NCBI GenBank assembly: GCA_037379345.1
Contig: CM074518.1
Coordinates: forward strand, 806,001-870,000
Direction of reading: 5' to 3'
Length of the DNA: 64,000 nt
Source: Perna viridis
Taxonomy: Eukaryota
The position numbers were made by a program, and so were the translations under genes. Of the stretch, positions 39,201 to 51,888 are shown one piece after another. Each line of letters opens with the position of its first letter. Within the stretch, counting starts at the first letter, position 1. A model generated the notes under the pieces. The model searched no databases and was not told where the DNA came from. It was given only the letters and a program-made list of their open reading frames with translations.

Positions 39201-40987
39201 TATTTACAGATCCAAGCTAGAATATTATGAATGATTCTCTTAGAAACAATGACTAATTAATACTAGAAACAAAAATGCAAATACATGTACATCATTACTT
39301 ATATATGCTGAGAGATTACATACACATTATACTTAATTGAATAAATGTACATAATTGTAAACTTGAAATAACATGTACCACTAGTTAAGCATAATTTAAC
39401 TATGAGCATGTATATACAGATATAAGAATATTCCTCTATCTGTCAGATCTGAACATTTCTATTCCAAAGATTTGTATATTTGATCCCTTAATAGCTGAAT
39501 GAGTCTAATATATACAATACATGTAGGGGTTATACTGGCACATTGGAAATGGAAAAAAGTATCAGAATTTAAATAATTATTTAATTATAAAGACCATACA
39601 ATAAATGTTTATAGTGAAGACGATACAAAAATACTGAACATTGTATGGGAAGCTCCGAAAGACATTATTTCCTGTCAGACTGAAATCAGGCTCTCAGTGC
39701 TTCCATACTAGGACTTTATTTCACATTTAATACTGTTATAAAGACTATAAATAAAACAGCTACAACATGTAGGTCCTGGGTTAAACTGTATCAAAAGGTG
39801 AAGGACAAACATACACACAAATGTACAGACAGCAGCAAAACTTAATGTCTTCTGATGTGTTAAGATAGGGCAAGGGAAATACTGAAAACAAAAGTACTGA
39901 ACCATACAACAAATGTGATTTTATTTCATTCTTACCTTTTCAATTTTAGAGCCTCTATATTAGGTTTAGCTTTGGGAAATCTGGACCTAAATGGTAGTCG
40001 TTGTATTACAGAACTGGATTTGGACTCTGGTCCAGACCTTCCATCTATAGTGTCTGTCCCTATACTACCAGAGCGAAGTTCTGTGGATGAATGGACAACT
40101 TTGTTACTTTCTTCAGAAGATTGCTGCTTTTCTTTAACACTAGAGTATAAATCATTTATCTTTGTACTTCCTCCAAGAGGCTCTGCCACAAAAGATCTCA
40201 TTACTGGACTTTTGATCATAGTAACAGGTTTTGGACTAACCGTTGAATGCATGGTAGTGTCGGCTGGACTGTTGGCTCGAGGTCTTGATTGCTTCTTAGG
40301 ACTTTTGACCACAGATGGACCATTATCCCTAGGTCCAATATGTAAGGCCCTTTTACCAGGTGTAGGAACCATTGACTTAGGACTTTGTTCTTTAGACTGT
40401 AATGGAGACACACAAGAACTTTTGACTGACTGTAAGGGATCAGATCCACAGTTTTTAGTTGCAGTAGGACTCGTTAAGGGTGATGTAACCTTCAATGATG
40501 CTTTAGGAACATTACTGCTAAATCGTCTGGTGAAAGTCTTGCCTGCTTTTACAGATAGGCTTATAGCATCTTTCTTTGATTTTTCTTGAGTATCGTCCTT
40601 AGGTTTTTGCACTTTTTCATGTTGACTTCTATGGCTGTCATTTTTATCTTTTTCATCACTTTTGCTGGTAGGACTATCAAGACTGAGTCCAAATCTTTTT
40701 AATCTTGTAAATGGCTGATTACCACCAGTTTTTTTCACAGATCCTTTTTCTCCATTTTTAATTGTACCATGTTCCCTTTGATTATCAACCTGCACAGGAA
40801 AAGCCTTTACAGCCCCGAGTGCCTGCTCAGGGCTAATCCTTTCACTATTTTCCTGTTCATTCACGTTAGACCCTGGTTTCTGAGTCAAAGACAACTCATT
40901 AGTCCTTACAGTACCCTTTGTTCTATCTACATTGGATTTTCCACCAATGTTGGGTTTGATTTGCAACCTTGAACGACGTGTAGCCAT
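21260..40987 (-). CDS. BDP1: Transcription factor TFIIIB component B'' homolog (BDP1), 11 coding exons, about 956 aa
   Basis: Minus-strand exons: 40987-39936, 38795-38718, 37950-37776, 35610-35528, 35196-35005, 31377-31256, 31002-30908, 25547-25493, 23672-23508, 22873-22747, 21986-21260 (2871 nt, in frame, all GT-AG). N-terminus MATRRSRLQIKPNI. Conserved blocks: MTIGDLIYYNPVKNPM, VPQVKIGPDGSIIINEESL, and the SANT/Myb segment WSQWDTEKFYRALSYLGTDFSLMIKLFPNRTRYDIKTKFKRED. Low-complexity exons and the last exon are less certain. Confidence 0.92.
23295..23530. repeat. 33-bp x4 repeat duplicating a BDP1 exon end and donor, followed by a ~58-bp x2 repeat
   Basis: Minus-strand ACTAAGGTGGAATCAG|GT recurs at 23508, 23475, 23442 and 23409. 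Confidence 0.85.
24150..25453. repeat. 63-bp minisatellite, ~21 copies, BDP1 intron
   Basis: Unit AACTCCCTTGGACTAAGACCCCATTCTCTGYTAAAACTTCAGATTTAGACTCAATACTTTGTA. Confidence 0.95.
26445..27706. repeat. 58-bp minisatellite, ~22 copies, BDP1 intron
   Basis: Unit CAAAGTAAACCATTTACCTGAGCCACACTTCTGAATGGTCCCTTGGAGTCTGAACWAC. Confidence 0.95.
27707..28033 (-). repeat. Dispersed ~320 bp repeat, inverted relative of 4716-5022
   Basis: Ends GCAAAAAGAGGTCATGGAGAACGCTGG. Confidence 0.75.
28178..30711. mobile_element. Tc1/pogo-like non-autonomous element (TACTGTATTTTCT...AGAAAATAAGGTA) carrying a nested insertion
   Basis: Imperfect TIRs bounded by TA, with paired GACTTA subterminal motifs at both ends (28231-28256 and 30669-30693). 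Confidence 0.55.
28881..30495. mobile_element. Nested 1.6 kb TIR element
   Basis: TAAGGCCAACTTTTTTTTATAATCTGTTTTACGGGA (28881) is the inverted match of TCCCTTAAAACAGATTATAAAAAAATGTTGGCCTA (30461-30495). No intact ORF. Confidence 0.75.
30737..30922. repeat. 61-bp x3 tandem repeat overlapping the BDP1 SANT exon 3' end and donor
   Basis: TCTAAATAAAAGAG at 30737, 30798 and 30859. Confidence 0.9.
38521..38637. repeat. Imperfect ~40-bp inverted repeat (hairpin), probable element end
   Basis: ATTATTAAATATTTTTTCAAC..GGGAGTTTCTCGTGCT / AGCATGAGAAACTCCC..GTTGAAAAAATATTAAATAAT. Confidence 0.65.
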
Positions 40988-43900
40988 GTCTTCTATTTAC
41001 AAGCCTACAGTGGAAAAAAACATTAATATACATGTATAAATAAAAGCAACTAAGAGTTTACAAAAATTGCACATGACAAAAATCCCATTAGTCATACACA
41101 AAAATACACGTACATGTATGATAGAGTAACCCTGTAAACCCTAACAATGAATGATATATCATAACAAAACCAATCAGGTTAGTACATTTAACATGCAGAT
41201 CAGAATCAAACCAAAAATATTTGTAATATGTAGTCAAATGGTAATGATGAACTTAAGACTTAAATATTTTAATTCAATCAGGAAACATGAAGAATGTGCT
41301 GAAGATGATCTACCTACTACCAATGATATTTACTATAAAAATCCTCCCTACTATAGTAACATTGGGAAACAGTCAAAACAATTATGCCACCATGGGAGGC
41401 TTATTTTCCTTAGTGAAGTTTTAGATCTATAATCTGAGAGATTTGTTACTGTAGTGTTGACCAACCAATTCATTTGAAATCTAGAACCAGTTTAAGAATT
41501 TACCGCAAGATACTTGTTAATGTGTATTTTCTCCATTCTGAACTGAATGATACATGTACATGTACATTGTACATGTATTTGTAAATAACAATATTCTTTG
41601 AAACAACATTATTTTACTTATAATCTGTGTACCAACTGAAGTTTAAAAGTTGTATTTATTGAAATAAAAGTAGAAATGAAACATTCCTATGCAAATAATT
41701 ATGTGTCACCTGTTCAATGAGCATTACCCTTTATAACAAATCTTGTCTTAACCATGTGAAAAAGCAGAACTTCAAGGTTTTACATGTGGTCATTCATTTT
41801 ATGTACTTTGTCAGACAGTGAGACCAGGGAAGCAGAGAAACTACACATTGTTATCCAGTTACTTTTTTACAAGAGGCACCAAGGGACAGTGCTTAAGGAA
41901 GTACAACTGTAATTATGTATTCCTCCTCATGACTGATGCAGAATAAACTGCACATCTACATATGATACTTATATTTCCATTAAAATTTCACCGAATTCCT
42001 TTAAAACAATTTAGGGGCAGATGTGCTAACAAGGTTTGAATATGTTAAAGCCTTAAAATGGATTATCTCCCTTTGCAGCCCTATGACAGTAACTATATTC
42101 CTTCATGACATCTACATATGATGCCCAACCATTCTAAGACACTTCATCTTTTTTTCAGGAAGTCATAATGAAACCAGCACACACATTTAGGTGCAAAAAT
42201 ACATTCATGTATAAGTACATGGGTGAACTTCATTATTGACAGAAACCCCATTTACAGTTACCAAGTATATAATCTGGACTAATATTGGTCAAAACATGTG
42301 CATATAAATTGAAAAGTCCATTTTTCTTCATCCTGCTATTGTTACTATATTTAGACTCTGGGAATTTTCCTTTCTATTTTCTAATATTTAGATTGAAGAT
42401 CAGGATTGATATAGCAGTCGCGAGAGCAAATAGATTTGAAAAGCCTGTTAGCATCTTCCATTATCTCTTAAACCACCACAGGAAAAAATTCTGTTGGCAT
42501 ACCCTATTAAGGTTCAACTAGAGATTGTTACATGTATGTCCCCTTTATAGGTATTTCTAATATATCAAGTTTAATTCCATTTTATTTATGCCAATAAACA
42601 AACTGTACTGTGAACTATTCCCACCAAAACACTTCAGCATTTTATTAACAATTCAAACTGTTTTAGCAAGTATCAGATGGAATAAACAGTGTTTTGGGGA
42701 TTCTATATGTTACTTCATTAGGTAAATTGGTTTCTTATGTTGAATCTTTATTTAAATTTGCATTTAAAGCTATGTGCATTTGGCCAAGGTTGACTTACAA
42801 CGTACCTTTTACCAAAGTCACTGGCTCACTATAAATACTTTCGTCGGATTGACACTTCACTTAGAAATTAATTTGAGGGATACATGTAACTAATTTTAAA
42901 AGAATCTTAGCAGCAATGTCATAACTACATTGTATCTTCATATTGGCTTCAGTTGTAAATTTGTCATGATTAATAGGTTTATATAATCTGAGTCAGAAAT
43001 TGATGGGTTCCTCTGGCATTGTAAACAAGTAATGATAATTAAAAGTTAATTAATGCAGATGACAATTTAACCATGGCACTGATTTTTTTAACCATGGCAG
43101 CCATCAATGCTATAATAGCTTATGGAACACCCTGCTCTGGGAGCGTTTAAGATTTTACCTTCCTCATATTATTTACAATAACAAAATGTCAAAAAATAAA
43201 TTCAGTCTACACGAAACTTTTTTTTTTACTGGTCATTTGGACCTGTAAAGCTTACTGTTTTACTGGACCGCATGAAGTTTTTCTGGTCCAAAAAGACCTT
43301 TATTCATTTAAGTGAAAAGAAATTGGTTATTTCATGGTTACTGAATATTCTCCTTTCATAGTGTTTAAGGTTTTGTTCAAGCTCTTGTGGTGATTAGTAA
43401 AAATTGAAAAGATATATTCCAATATGTGTGTTTTACTTTTAAGCCTTTAACATGTACATTTTTTGTACTAGTTGTGTCTGTGATGTCCGATCATGAGATG
43501 AAGTTCCACAGAAAGTTTTTAGATGAACTGTTCTAGTCTATATGTAATGATTCATGAGGATGAGAGAAGGCACATATTCCAGTCTTTTAGCAAAACAAAT
43601 TTTCACTTGATTGCTGTTTTTTTCTGATTTTTCCACATTGATTGTTTTATCTAAAATAACTTTGAAATGTGCTGATTTATTTTTTGTTGAACGTCCGACA
43701 CGTTTTTCCTCATACTGTTTCTGCTTGTCAGTCAATTTTCTTTTAATCTTAACTAAATTTGCCGGGTACTGCACCTTCCGTATACCTTCCAAAGGACATT
43801 TTTCAAGTTTCGTACACGACCGGCCATTTGTATTTTTCAGGGGAAACAACCCGATGACGGATGTACAATAAAACTTGAACACGATGTCGAACTTTTGGTC

Positions 43901-44434
43901 TGGATATCGGAGCGATCTTTATCGAACCGGCAGCAATTTTATCGGATTTGACCGAAGGCCCGAAGAGTTTTGTATAGACTGAATTCATGAAATAAATTCA
44001 ATGTTTATTTTGAAATAATGCAAATCTTTGGCAAAATGAAGTATTTTGGAAAAGAAAACACAATACATATATACATATTTAGTCCCTGGTCATGATGGGG
44101 CTAGTTCTACAACATAATTTCGTAAACATACATGCAAACCAATATTGAAATAACATAAAATGTATAATATGCTGAGGGTTACCGACAGATGAAAGCTTGA
44201 GTAGTAAGCTTTGTAAGAATCATGCCAATTCTGTATGTGATACAACCCCAGAAAGGCTACCCATGTTTGTTACTTAGATGCTTTATAGGTCAATAATATT
44301 GACAATATGTATTATATGATGACATGGCCATTGCTTGTTTTGGGGATTATGTACACACATGTAAAATTAATTTATCTATCGCAGCTTTTCAACTCCTCCA
44401 TCCCTCTAGCTTGCGAAATAAAGCGATAAATCAC

Positions 44435-44510
44435 CTAAATTGACGATTTCTTTCTTGTTTGAAATGTGGCTTTTTCGTTTTTCATGCTAAGTTGCAACTT
44501 CCGGTTCATG
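44435..44510 (-). promoter_or_regulatory. Candidate BDP1 promoter and non-coding first exon (ETS-type CCGGAAGT motif; donor AG|GTGAT at 44435)
   Basis: The BDP1 ATG exon has an acceptor at 41004/41005, so an upstream UTR exon is needed. This CpG-enriched patch has ACTTCCGG at 44497-44504 and a minus-strand donor 60 nt downstream. Confidence 0.45.
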
Positions 44511-44629
44511 ATCAACCTATTACCGACGAGACAACTAAGAATAGCAACGGAACTTTTAACGTACAGAATCGTGATGGTCAGTCCAGAGATTTCTGAATGA
44601 CAAAGAAAAGGGATAAAGTCAAAACTTCC

Positions 44630-45186
44630 CTGATGACTTTTCATTCAAAATTGTCAACTTTCCTTTCATCTATGGCAACATCCCTTCAGCACCTGCATAT
44701 GGAGTGTTCATATGATGATCACAACAGAGCTTGCCGAAACTACGCAGGCTTTTTGTATCGCTAGAACTCTAACAAATAGGCTTCTGGAACAGGGTTATGT
44801 TGCTACAAGATTGAAGTCATCACTACGGAAGTTTTATGGTCGTCATCATGAACTCGTGGATCGTTGTGGTGTATACATCTGCACCATGAATCCAAACTGA
44901 TTTATTCAACAGGTCATAGTTTTCCTTTCCTCGTTTGTCTACCCCGGACTTGACTTTTTATGAGCAACTCGGCGGGTGTTTCTAGAAAAGCAGAGGACGC
45001 TTACCCTACCGGTGCACCTGGTCCATGCTTTCTGTTTTTAATGGAGTCCGAGTTGCTCATTTGCTTTTGTTACTTTGTATGTATGATTTTAGTTACTTTA
45101 TGTTCTTTGTTGTGTAAGTCTGGTCTTTGTCCCTGGATTGCATTCTTTTGATTACCGCTATAACCTTGGTTCCCTTGATTACTCTT
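44630..45186 (+). mobile_element. Penelope-like element (probably Naiad-type, RT at the C-terminus) 3' fragment, copy 2 (longest)
   Basis: DDFSFKIVNFPFIYGNIPSAPAYGVFI...LLEQGYVATRLKSSLRKFYGRHHELVDR is the PLE RT C-terminal region. It is followed by a structured 3' segment with no downstream GIY-YIG domain. Confidence 0.75.
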
Positions 45187-45479
45187 CCGAATATTTTCCA
45201 GAACTTTTTAGTGAATTTTTTTTAAATTATGTCTACGTAACATGCTGGTACTTATTTGGTCTTTTTTTAATTGAGCCATTAGGTTTGTGTTTTTTTAGCT
45301 GATTTTTGTTTTGGTTTCGTGCATGGTTTGCTCATTCCCTTACCCATTATGGCATATCATTTTACTCTCTTTTTGGTGTAATATAAAGTCCTTGCTATCA
45401 ATATACATTATATTGTAACCAAGAAAGGATTTTTATAGTAGAAATTGTAGAAGTCTTATGTATAAATATAATGCGTGGA

Positions 45480-45761
45480 GACATAGACCTGTAAATGACA
45501 GGTCTATGATGGACAGACGATAAGCAAAATTATCCATAGTCCACATTTATACTGAATTGCTTCAAGGAGTTATATGCTAGATATGTCCTTGATTGCTTTA
45601 AAATTAGAAATATAAGTCTCCAATAATGTTGAATATGACAGAAATATTAAACAATTATAATGTTACATCTTAAATTTATTATGTTTCACTGTAATGTATA
45701 TTTATTGTTATAATAGGCCATAATCATGCAAGGCCAATAAAGTATTTGTATTTGTATTTGT
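45480..45761 (+). mobile_element. Possible LINE 3' tail
   Basis: AATAAA followed by (GTATTT)3 at 45736-45761. Confidence 0.35.
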
Positions 45762-46267
45762 CAACTATAAAAAAAAATCCTTGACCTTGATAGTGAGAAC
45801 AAAATAGGTGTGATGGTGCTGCACAGTTTATCACACAGGGCAGGGAGTCCGGGTGGATCCAGGATTTTAGATTATGCGGGGGCGCACTGTTTAAAAAAAG
45901 TAAAATGAACTTGCGTAGTAATCATTAGCATGTCAGCCATTTTTTTTCAAGCCCAACGGCATTTTTACTAGCCATGGCTGTCGGGCTGGTGGTCAGTTTC
46001 GAGGACCATATAATGTCCAGACCACAGGTGTCAAGTCACAGATTTCTACATACATCTCAATAAAAAGCCTAGCCTAGTCAAGCATGATACAGCCACAGCC
46101 CTTTCAACCCTGTACTTGGAGACCACATGTTTGACACATCCTTAAAGTGGTAAATTGTGTAAGCGTATTTGACAAATAAACTGTTTTGGATAATCCATTG
46201 GTAATACATTGTTTGATTTAGATCACCCAGAATTAACCCATTCAAAATAAATAAATAAATAAATAGT

Positions 46268-46501
46268 CAGGCGCGTAGCTGAGGCCAAATTGAAGTGTAG
46301 GCAAAATTACGGCAGGGGGTCTGGGGCCGCTTAAGGCCCCCAGCAGGTCCAGGGCGAAGCCCCTTTCCCGAAGCTCCGCGGAGATAGCGTTTTAGAGCAT
46401 CATTTATGCCTCTCCTGGATGTATTTTATCTCCAAAAAAAAAAAAATGGCAAAATTACGTGTAGGCAAAAGTTTTTTTGCCTAACGGCAGCTACGCGCCT
46501 G
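46268..46501. mobile_element. 234-bp MITE with perfect 14-bp TIRs and 5-bp TSD
   Basis: CAGGCGCGTAGCTG...CAGCTACGCGCCTG, flanked by ATAGT at 46263-46267 and 46502-46506. Confidence 0.85.
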
Positions 46502-49500
46502 ATAGTGTACAGGTGTATGAACAACTTTGGACCTTTTTATCTCTGATATTGTTAAAGATATAGCAAATTTTGTTGGCACACTCCTATAAAAAACATTAAA
46601 AAAATGAAAACTAGGGTCTGTCAAAAAATGATGTTTTGGCCTTATTGACCTCTTATAATTAAAAAAAAAACAGGTAGAAATGTTTCAAATTGAAAATAAA
46701 GGTAGACATTCCCATGAGGAATCAAATGAACAAAATAATTCAACACACATTAGACCAGAAATAATTAAGTTGATTTGACCCCATATAAGTAACAAAGCAG
46801 TAAGAGAAATATGAAATCTGATTTAAAAAAATACAGGCAGATATTTCCATTAATTTAGAATCAAATGATTTTTTAGGAGTAGTAAATAACAAAGTTGATT
46901 TTTAGGGTCTCAATGTCGGCTCCTATTAAACTGAAAATGTTAGCTCCTATTAACCTGAAAATGTTGAACTCTATTTACAGTCTATTCAATGCCTGGTTAA
47001 CAGAATTTTAATTTTTAAAAAAATACTGTGAAAACTGAAGAAGAAATAAGCCTTTCTCTACATCAGTTTTGAATGAATACCTATTTTACCCCTTATGGCT
47101 GCCTTTTTGAGAAGCTAAGTTTTGACCAGGGACCACATTTCCAATAGCTAGCCTCATAAAGCAGCAAGTAACAATATATCCAAACTTCATGACATTTGGT
47201 TCACTGCAACTCAAGTTATTGTGGAAATAACAAAAATTACAACATCATAACATTATATATGACTGTGGTCGTTTAAAATCTTTGAAGGCCAAATAAAATC
47301 ATAAAATTATACCTGTCTCCTGTTAAATGTTTTTTGCCAGAAAAAAAAAATGGGTCGGAAGGTTGGGATTTTATTTTATTTTATTTTATCATTTTTAAAG
47401 AAACAACTGAAAAAAATCTTATTAATCACCTGGACTTTGTGGAAACAAAGAAATTGACTACCATGCATCTATAAAATGTTGGGTCGTTTGTAAAGTTAAA
47501 AATAAGTCAGTCGGAGGGTCAAGGCATGCATCGGTCGGGTAAGAGGAAACAGAGACATTATTATAATTCCAATACCCCCTCCCCCACAAAAAAAGTTTGT
47601 CTGTCTGTCCGTCTGGTCCACATTTCTTGTAAGCGCAACTCCTCCCATTTTGATGAAATTTGTGTAGGAGGTTTGAGTACCATTTATAGATGTGCATGAA
47701 AGAATATAATTACTGTTGGCAGATGCCAAAATGAGATAATCCAACAAGTGTTTTTCATGTAAGTCCATTTGAAGAGGGGATATTCTCTTTGTGAGCTTCC
47801 TCACATTATTTCTAGTTTTACTTGGCCTGAGACACACTGGGAAATAAATGTGACCTGCCAAAGTCTGTTTTAGGTCATAATTGTGTGACTTTTACTGGAG
47901 TTTTGAAAGGTCACAGATATTTGATTTTCAATACCGGTAAATGTTTTTTTTAATATGGATACTCCTTATGAGAGGCACAATGTAGTACTTTTGAAAAGCA
48001 AAAAAAAAAATAATTTTTTGTGTTTTTCTGTTGTGACCAGCTAGAGAGAAACTTTCGGTTGTTGAAATGATTCTAATGACATGACTTACAAAAGTTCTCA
48101 TAGGGTCCAAATCATGTGAAGACTCCTTATTTGAGTTATGGACCTTGAAAGGCCAAAATGACAGATTTTGTGCTTAAAGCGTATAAATAACTTGAAAACT
48201 ACAAGACAGAAAGAAACTTTCAGTTGATCAAATGATTCTGATGATAAGGTCTACATTAGTCCTTTAATGTACAGATTTTATGATAAATCGCCAAAAATGA
48301 CTTTTTTAAAGACTTTTAGCTTATCATTGGAAACTTGATTTTATGATCCTTATTTCAAGACCTACAAAATAAAAAAAATAAGAGATGTAGTATGACTGCC
48401 AACGAGGTAGTCATCCACCAAATACCAAGTAATAAATAAACTGATTCATTTATTACAGTGTAACCACATGCGAAACATGAAAAATATACAATTATAATAA
48501 CAATTAAAATTACAAGTGCCATTCTGTAAAGAATAATGACAGACTTAAGATTTATAAGAATATATACAATTATCACAATGAAAACAAATTTTGCTATGGA
48601 ATTACTCCATCAAAAAGGATGTGTGGAACAGATATTGGTGGAAAATGTCAGAACATATATTGATAGTAAATGTCGGAACAGAAATTGGTGGAAAATGTCG
48701 GAACAGATATTGATGGGCAATTTCGGAACAAATTGTTTTCACACATCAGTTTTATGACATTTGAAAAATTAATGTGAGTAATTCGGTTTTTTTTTTTGCG
48801 TAGATTAGCCTCGGACACTGACAACGTTTCTTTGCAAGATGACATTAGTCCGAGTATCCTCTGATCCTGAAACTCTTCTTTTCTTCTTGGATATTAATAT
48901 ATATCCACAAATAAGTATCAAAATAAAAACTACGGGGGTAGCAGGGTCTGAGGAAATTCGGACTAAGGTAACTATATGAAGTATTTGATACATAGAAAAT
49001 ATTCATGACTTAAAGAACGAATTAAGGTAACGGAAATAACACAAAGAACAACAAATAAGACATATTAATCCTCAGAAAGTGTTGACCAGTTGCATTGATA
49101 GGATAATTTTGACTTCAATCAAAACAGAAAATATGGACCTACGGAAGCCCGTTAGTACCACGTGGAGCTCTTTTTTTATCTTGTTATAACAACTAAACTA
49201 AATAGTTATATCAACTTAGCTAAGGTATATAGGGTCAAAGATTTGTTTAAATTTAGTAGAACAGCTTGATTATTTAGTTAAAATGTCTTTGATTGATATA
49301 ACAACTGAGGAACAGTGTTAATTGTATTTTAATTCATGTTGAACTGCTTTAAATTTTGATTTAGTTGAACTGCCTTTGATAAGAAACAATGAGGTAGAAA
49401 GTAAATTTCAAGTTGGTAAAACTGAATTTGTTGAAAAAAATATGGAGAGGCAAAGTTAATTGTGATTAAGTTGAAAGTTCTACAATTAGTAGAAATTTAA

Positions 49501-49544
49501 ATAAAGATTGCTTGAAGAGCACTACAAGAACCTTGGGTTGTTGT

Positions 49545-50347
49545 TGTCAGAAGACCCCTTATAGGGGTTTTGGCCCTTTTAAGGCCAAAAATAGCATTTT
49601 TTTTCATGTTTTGCCCTATAGAATGAAAACCATTGCAGATAGAGAGAAGCTGTTGCATGCTTAAATGTTCAGTTCAATGAGCTCTACAAAAATTCCATAA
49701 GGTCAAAGTCGTGAGATGTACCCTTTTAGGGGTTATGGCCCTCTAAAGGACAAATTGGTGTTTTTGCCATATAGAATGACAACTATTGCAGATAGAGAGA
49801 AGCAGTTGCTTGCTTGAATGTTCAGATCAATTGGCTCTACAAAAATGTCCATTGGTTCAAAAGTATCAGATTAACCCTTTAAGGGGTTATGGTCCTTTAA
49901 AGGCGAAAAATCATATTTTTGCCCACTAGAATGAAAACTATTGCAGATAGAGAGAAGCTGTTGCTTGCTGAAATGGTCAATTCAATAAGCTTTACAAAAG
50001 TGCCATTGAGTCGAGGTCATCAGAGGAACCCTTTTAAGAGTTATGGCCCTTTCAAGGTAAAACAATTGTTTGATGACACCTTGTAGGTACTAAGGACCTT
50101 TAAAAGTAATTTATGCACTTTTTTAATTTTTTTGCCCCCCCCCCCCCCAAAAAAAAAAACAAACAAACAAACAAACAAACAAACAAAAAACAAAACAAAA
50201 AAAACGTTTGCAGGTACAGCAATTCTTTTGCTTGCTTCAGAACATTGAACTCAACTAAAATTTTCAATATTGTTATACAACCCTTGGTGGTGGCTGAGTA
50301 TCATTTGAGTACCAGGTGAGCGATTTAGGCTCATATGAGCCTCTAGT
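49545..50347 (-). mobile_element. HINE-like element with ~153-bp internal tandem repeats, nested in the IS3EU-like transposon
   Basis: Three GAATGAAAAC..TTGCAGATAGAGAGAAGC units (49621, 49772, 49929). The end CAGGTGAGCGATTTAGGCTCATATGAGCCTCTAGT resembles the 9360-9393 and 19944-19980 terminus. Confidence 0.6.
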
Positions 50348-51888
50348 AGAAGATACGTTTGATAGATCTTCGCGAGCTTTTAAGGTGCGTCTTTCTCATG
50401 TCAATGAGATATGGAATAAGTTTACGTGACACTATTTTCACAAACCAGCAACAATTTGAAATCCTCTACGGAAGACAGCAAGCAGCCCTCAACATAGACC
50501 TTAGGCGCTGTCTGCCATCTTGCTGTTAGCTTCAGGACGAACAAAATACATATTCACAGAAGTCAGATGGTGTTGCGAACTCTGTTCATAATATAAATTA
50601 AAATGGGCAGTTGTAGAAATTTGTTGTACTTTTGTTTACTTTCATCACTTTGCCTGGAAACTGTTGCTAAAAGCCTGAAGTTTGATTTTAACTACTATTG
50701 TTGAAAGTGAAAGTAGCTGTACCAGATTTCGAAAGTACTCGGGCACTCTTTTATTATAATACATTAACTCTTATGTTATGTGTTTCGATTTTTGCCTTTT
50801 AACTTTGTGGCGTACTGGGCTTTTATTATATCACTATACCAAAGCCAGGTGCTGGCAAGTCCTAATTCCGTATTTGGAAAAAAACGGAAAGCTGTGATTG
50901 GGTTCCGGCCAGTCTTTTCCTTCGTTTGTCTTCATAAAGCTATGGAAAGCTTCATATTTTGGCATACTAAGAAATACAGTCCTTACCAAATATCTTTTCT
51001 AATACTAGTATAAGAATAACTGTTTTAAAAATGCTCTGCGGTATACGTTTAAATGCTAGGTTCAAAAGCGCCATTGTGTCTTTACTAACGAACAGGTGAT
51101 CGACATTATGTACACACATTGACAAGTCTAGCAAAATTAAAAACATCCACGAAATTTCTCCAAAATTAAAAGCAATGTGCAATGATACATAATACATCAT
51201 GTATTTTCTCTGTTTTTTTTTTTTTGCTCATGAAACAAGTCAAAATCTGCAGTTTTTCTGTTGACTAACATAAGTAACATAAGACGGTGACTTGCATGCG
51301 ATAGAAACATGCCAAACTGTAAAAAAATCAGTAGCTTTATGATGACAAACAAAGGCAAAAACTGACAAAACCGAAGATTCCATTTTTTCCCCAAACCCTG
51401 GATACTAAAAGTTAAGTTTTTTTCCGTAAGCAGCCATCAATAGCGATGTGCAAACTGCATAAAACTATATAAATGCTATAGTTAGATACATATTTTCGCA
51501 TAGGCGATACATACAAATCAACTTTGGCGACAAAAAATATATAAAAGTCATGTGGAAAATCTCATTTTTGCCGGATTCGCAGATCAGGATGTTGGATGTT
51601 GTAAAGTTTCAAAATGTTCGAAACTTTTCTTATTTTCATATTTTTGTACTTTTTTTACCTTTAAAGGTGTAACTTGCAATAAAAATATCTTATCTTCTGT
51701 TTATATCTTAGAAAGAAAAAAATATGTAAACGCAGATAATAAACATTGTAGTCTTTTTTTTATTTCTTGCGGGGAATTTTTAGTTGATTTGTTTCGTATT
51801 TTTTTCTGTTTTTCCCAATTTTTTTTCTACACTCGATAACAAAGCTGTACACCAGGCCTTTCAATCATTGTATTTAATATCGTGTCAA

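Noticed and set aside
39915-40589. 224-aa plus-strand ORF
   Set aside because: It is the antisense shadow of the large BDP1 coding exon and has no recognisable domain.
44960-45186. Canonical hammerhead or HDV ribozyme in the PLE tail
   Set aside because: There is no CUGANGA/GAAA core, and the pseudoknot lacks the P4/J4-2 segment of HDV-like ribozymes.
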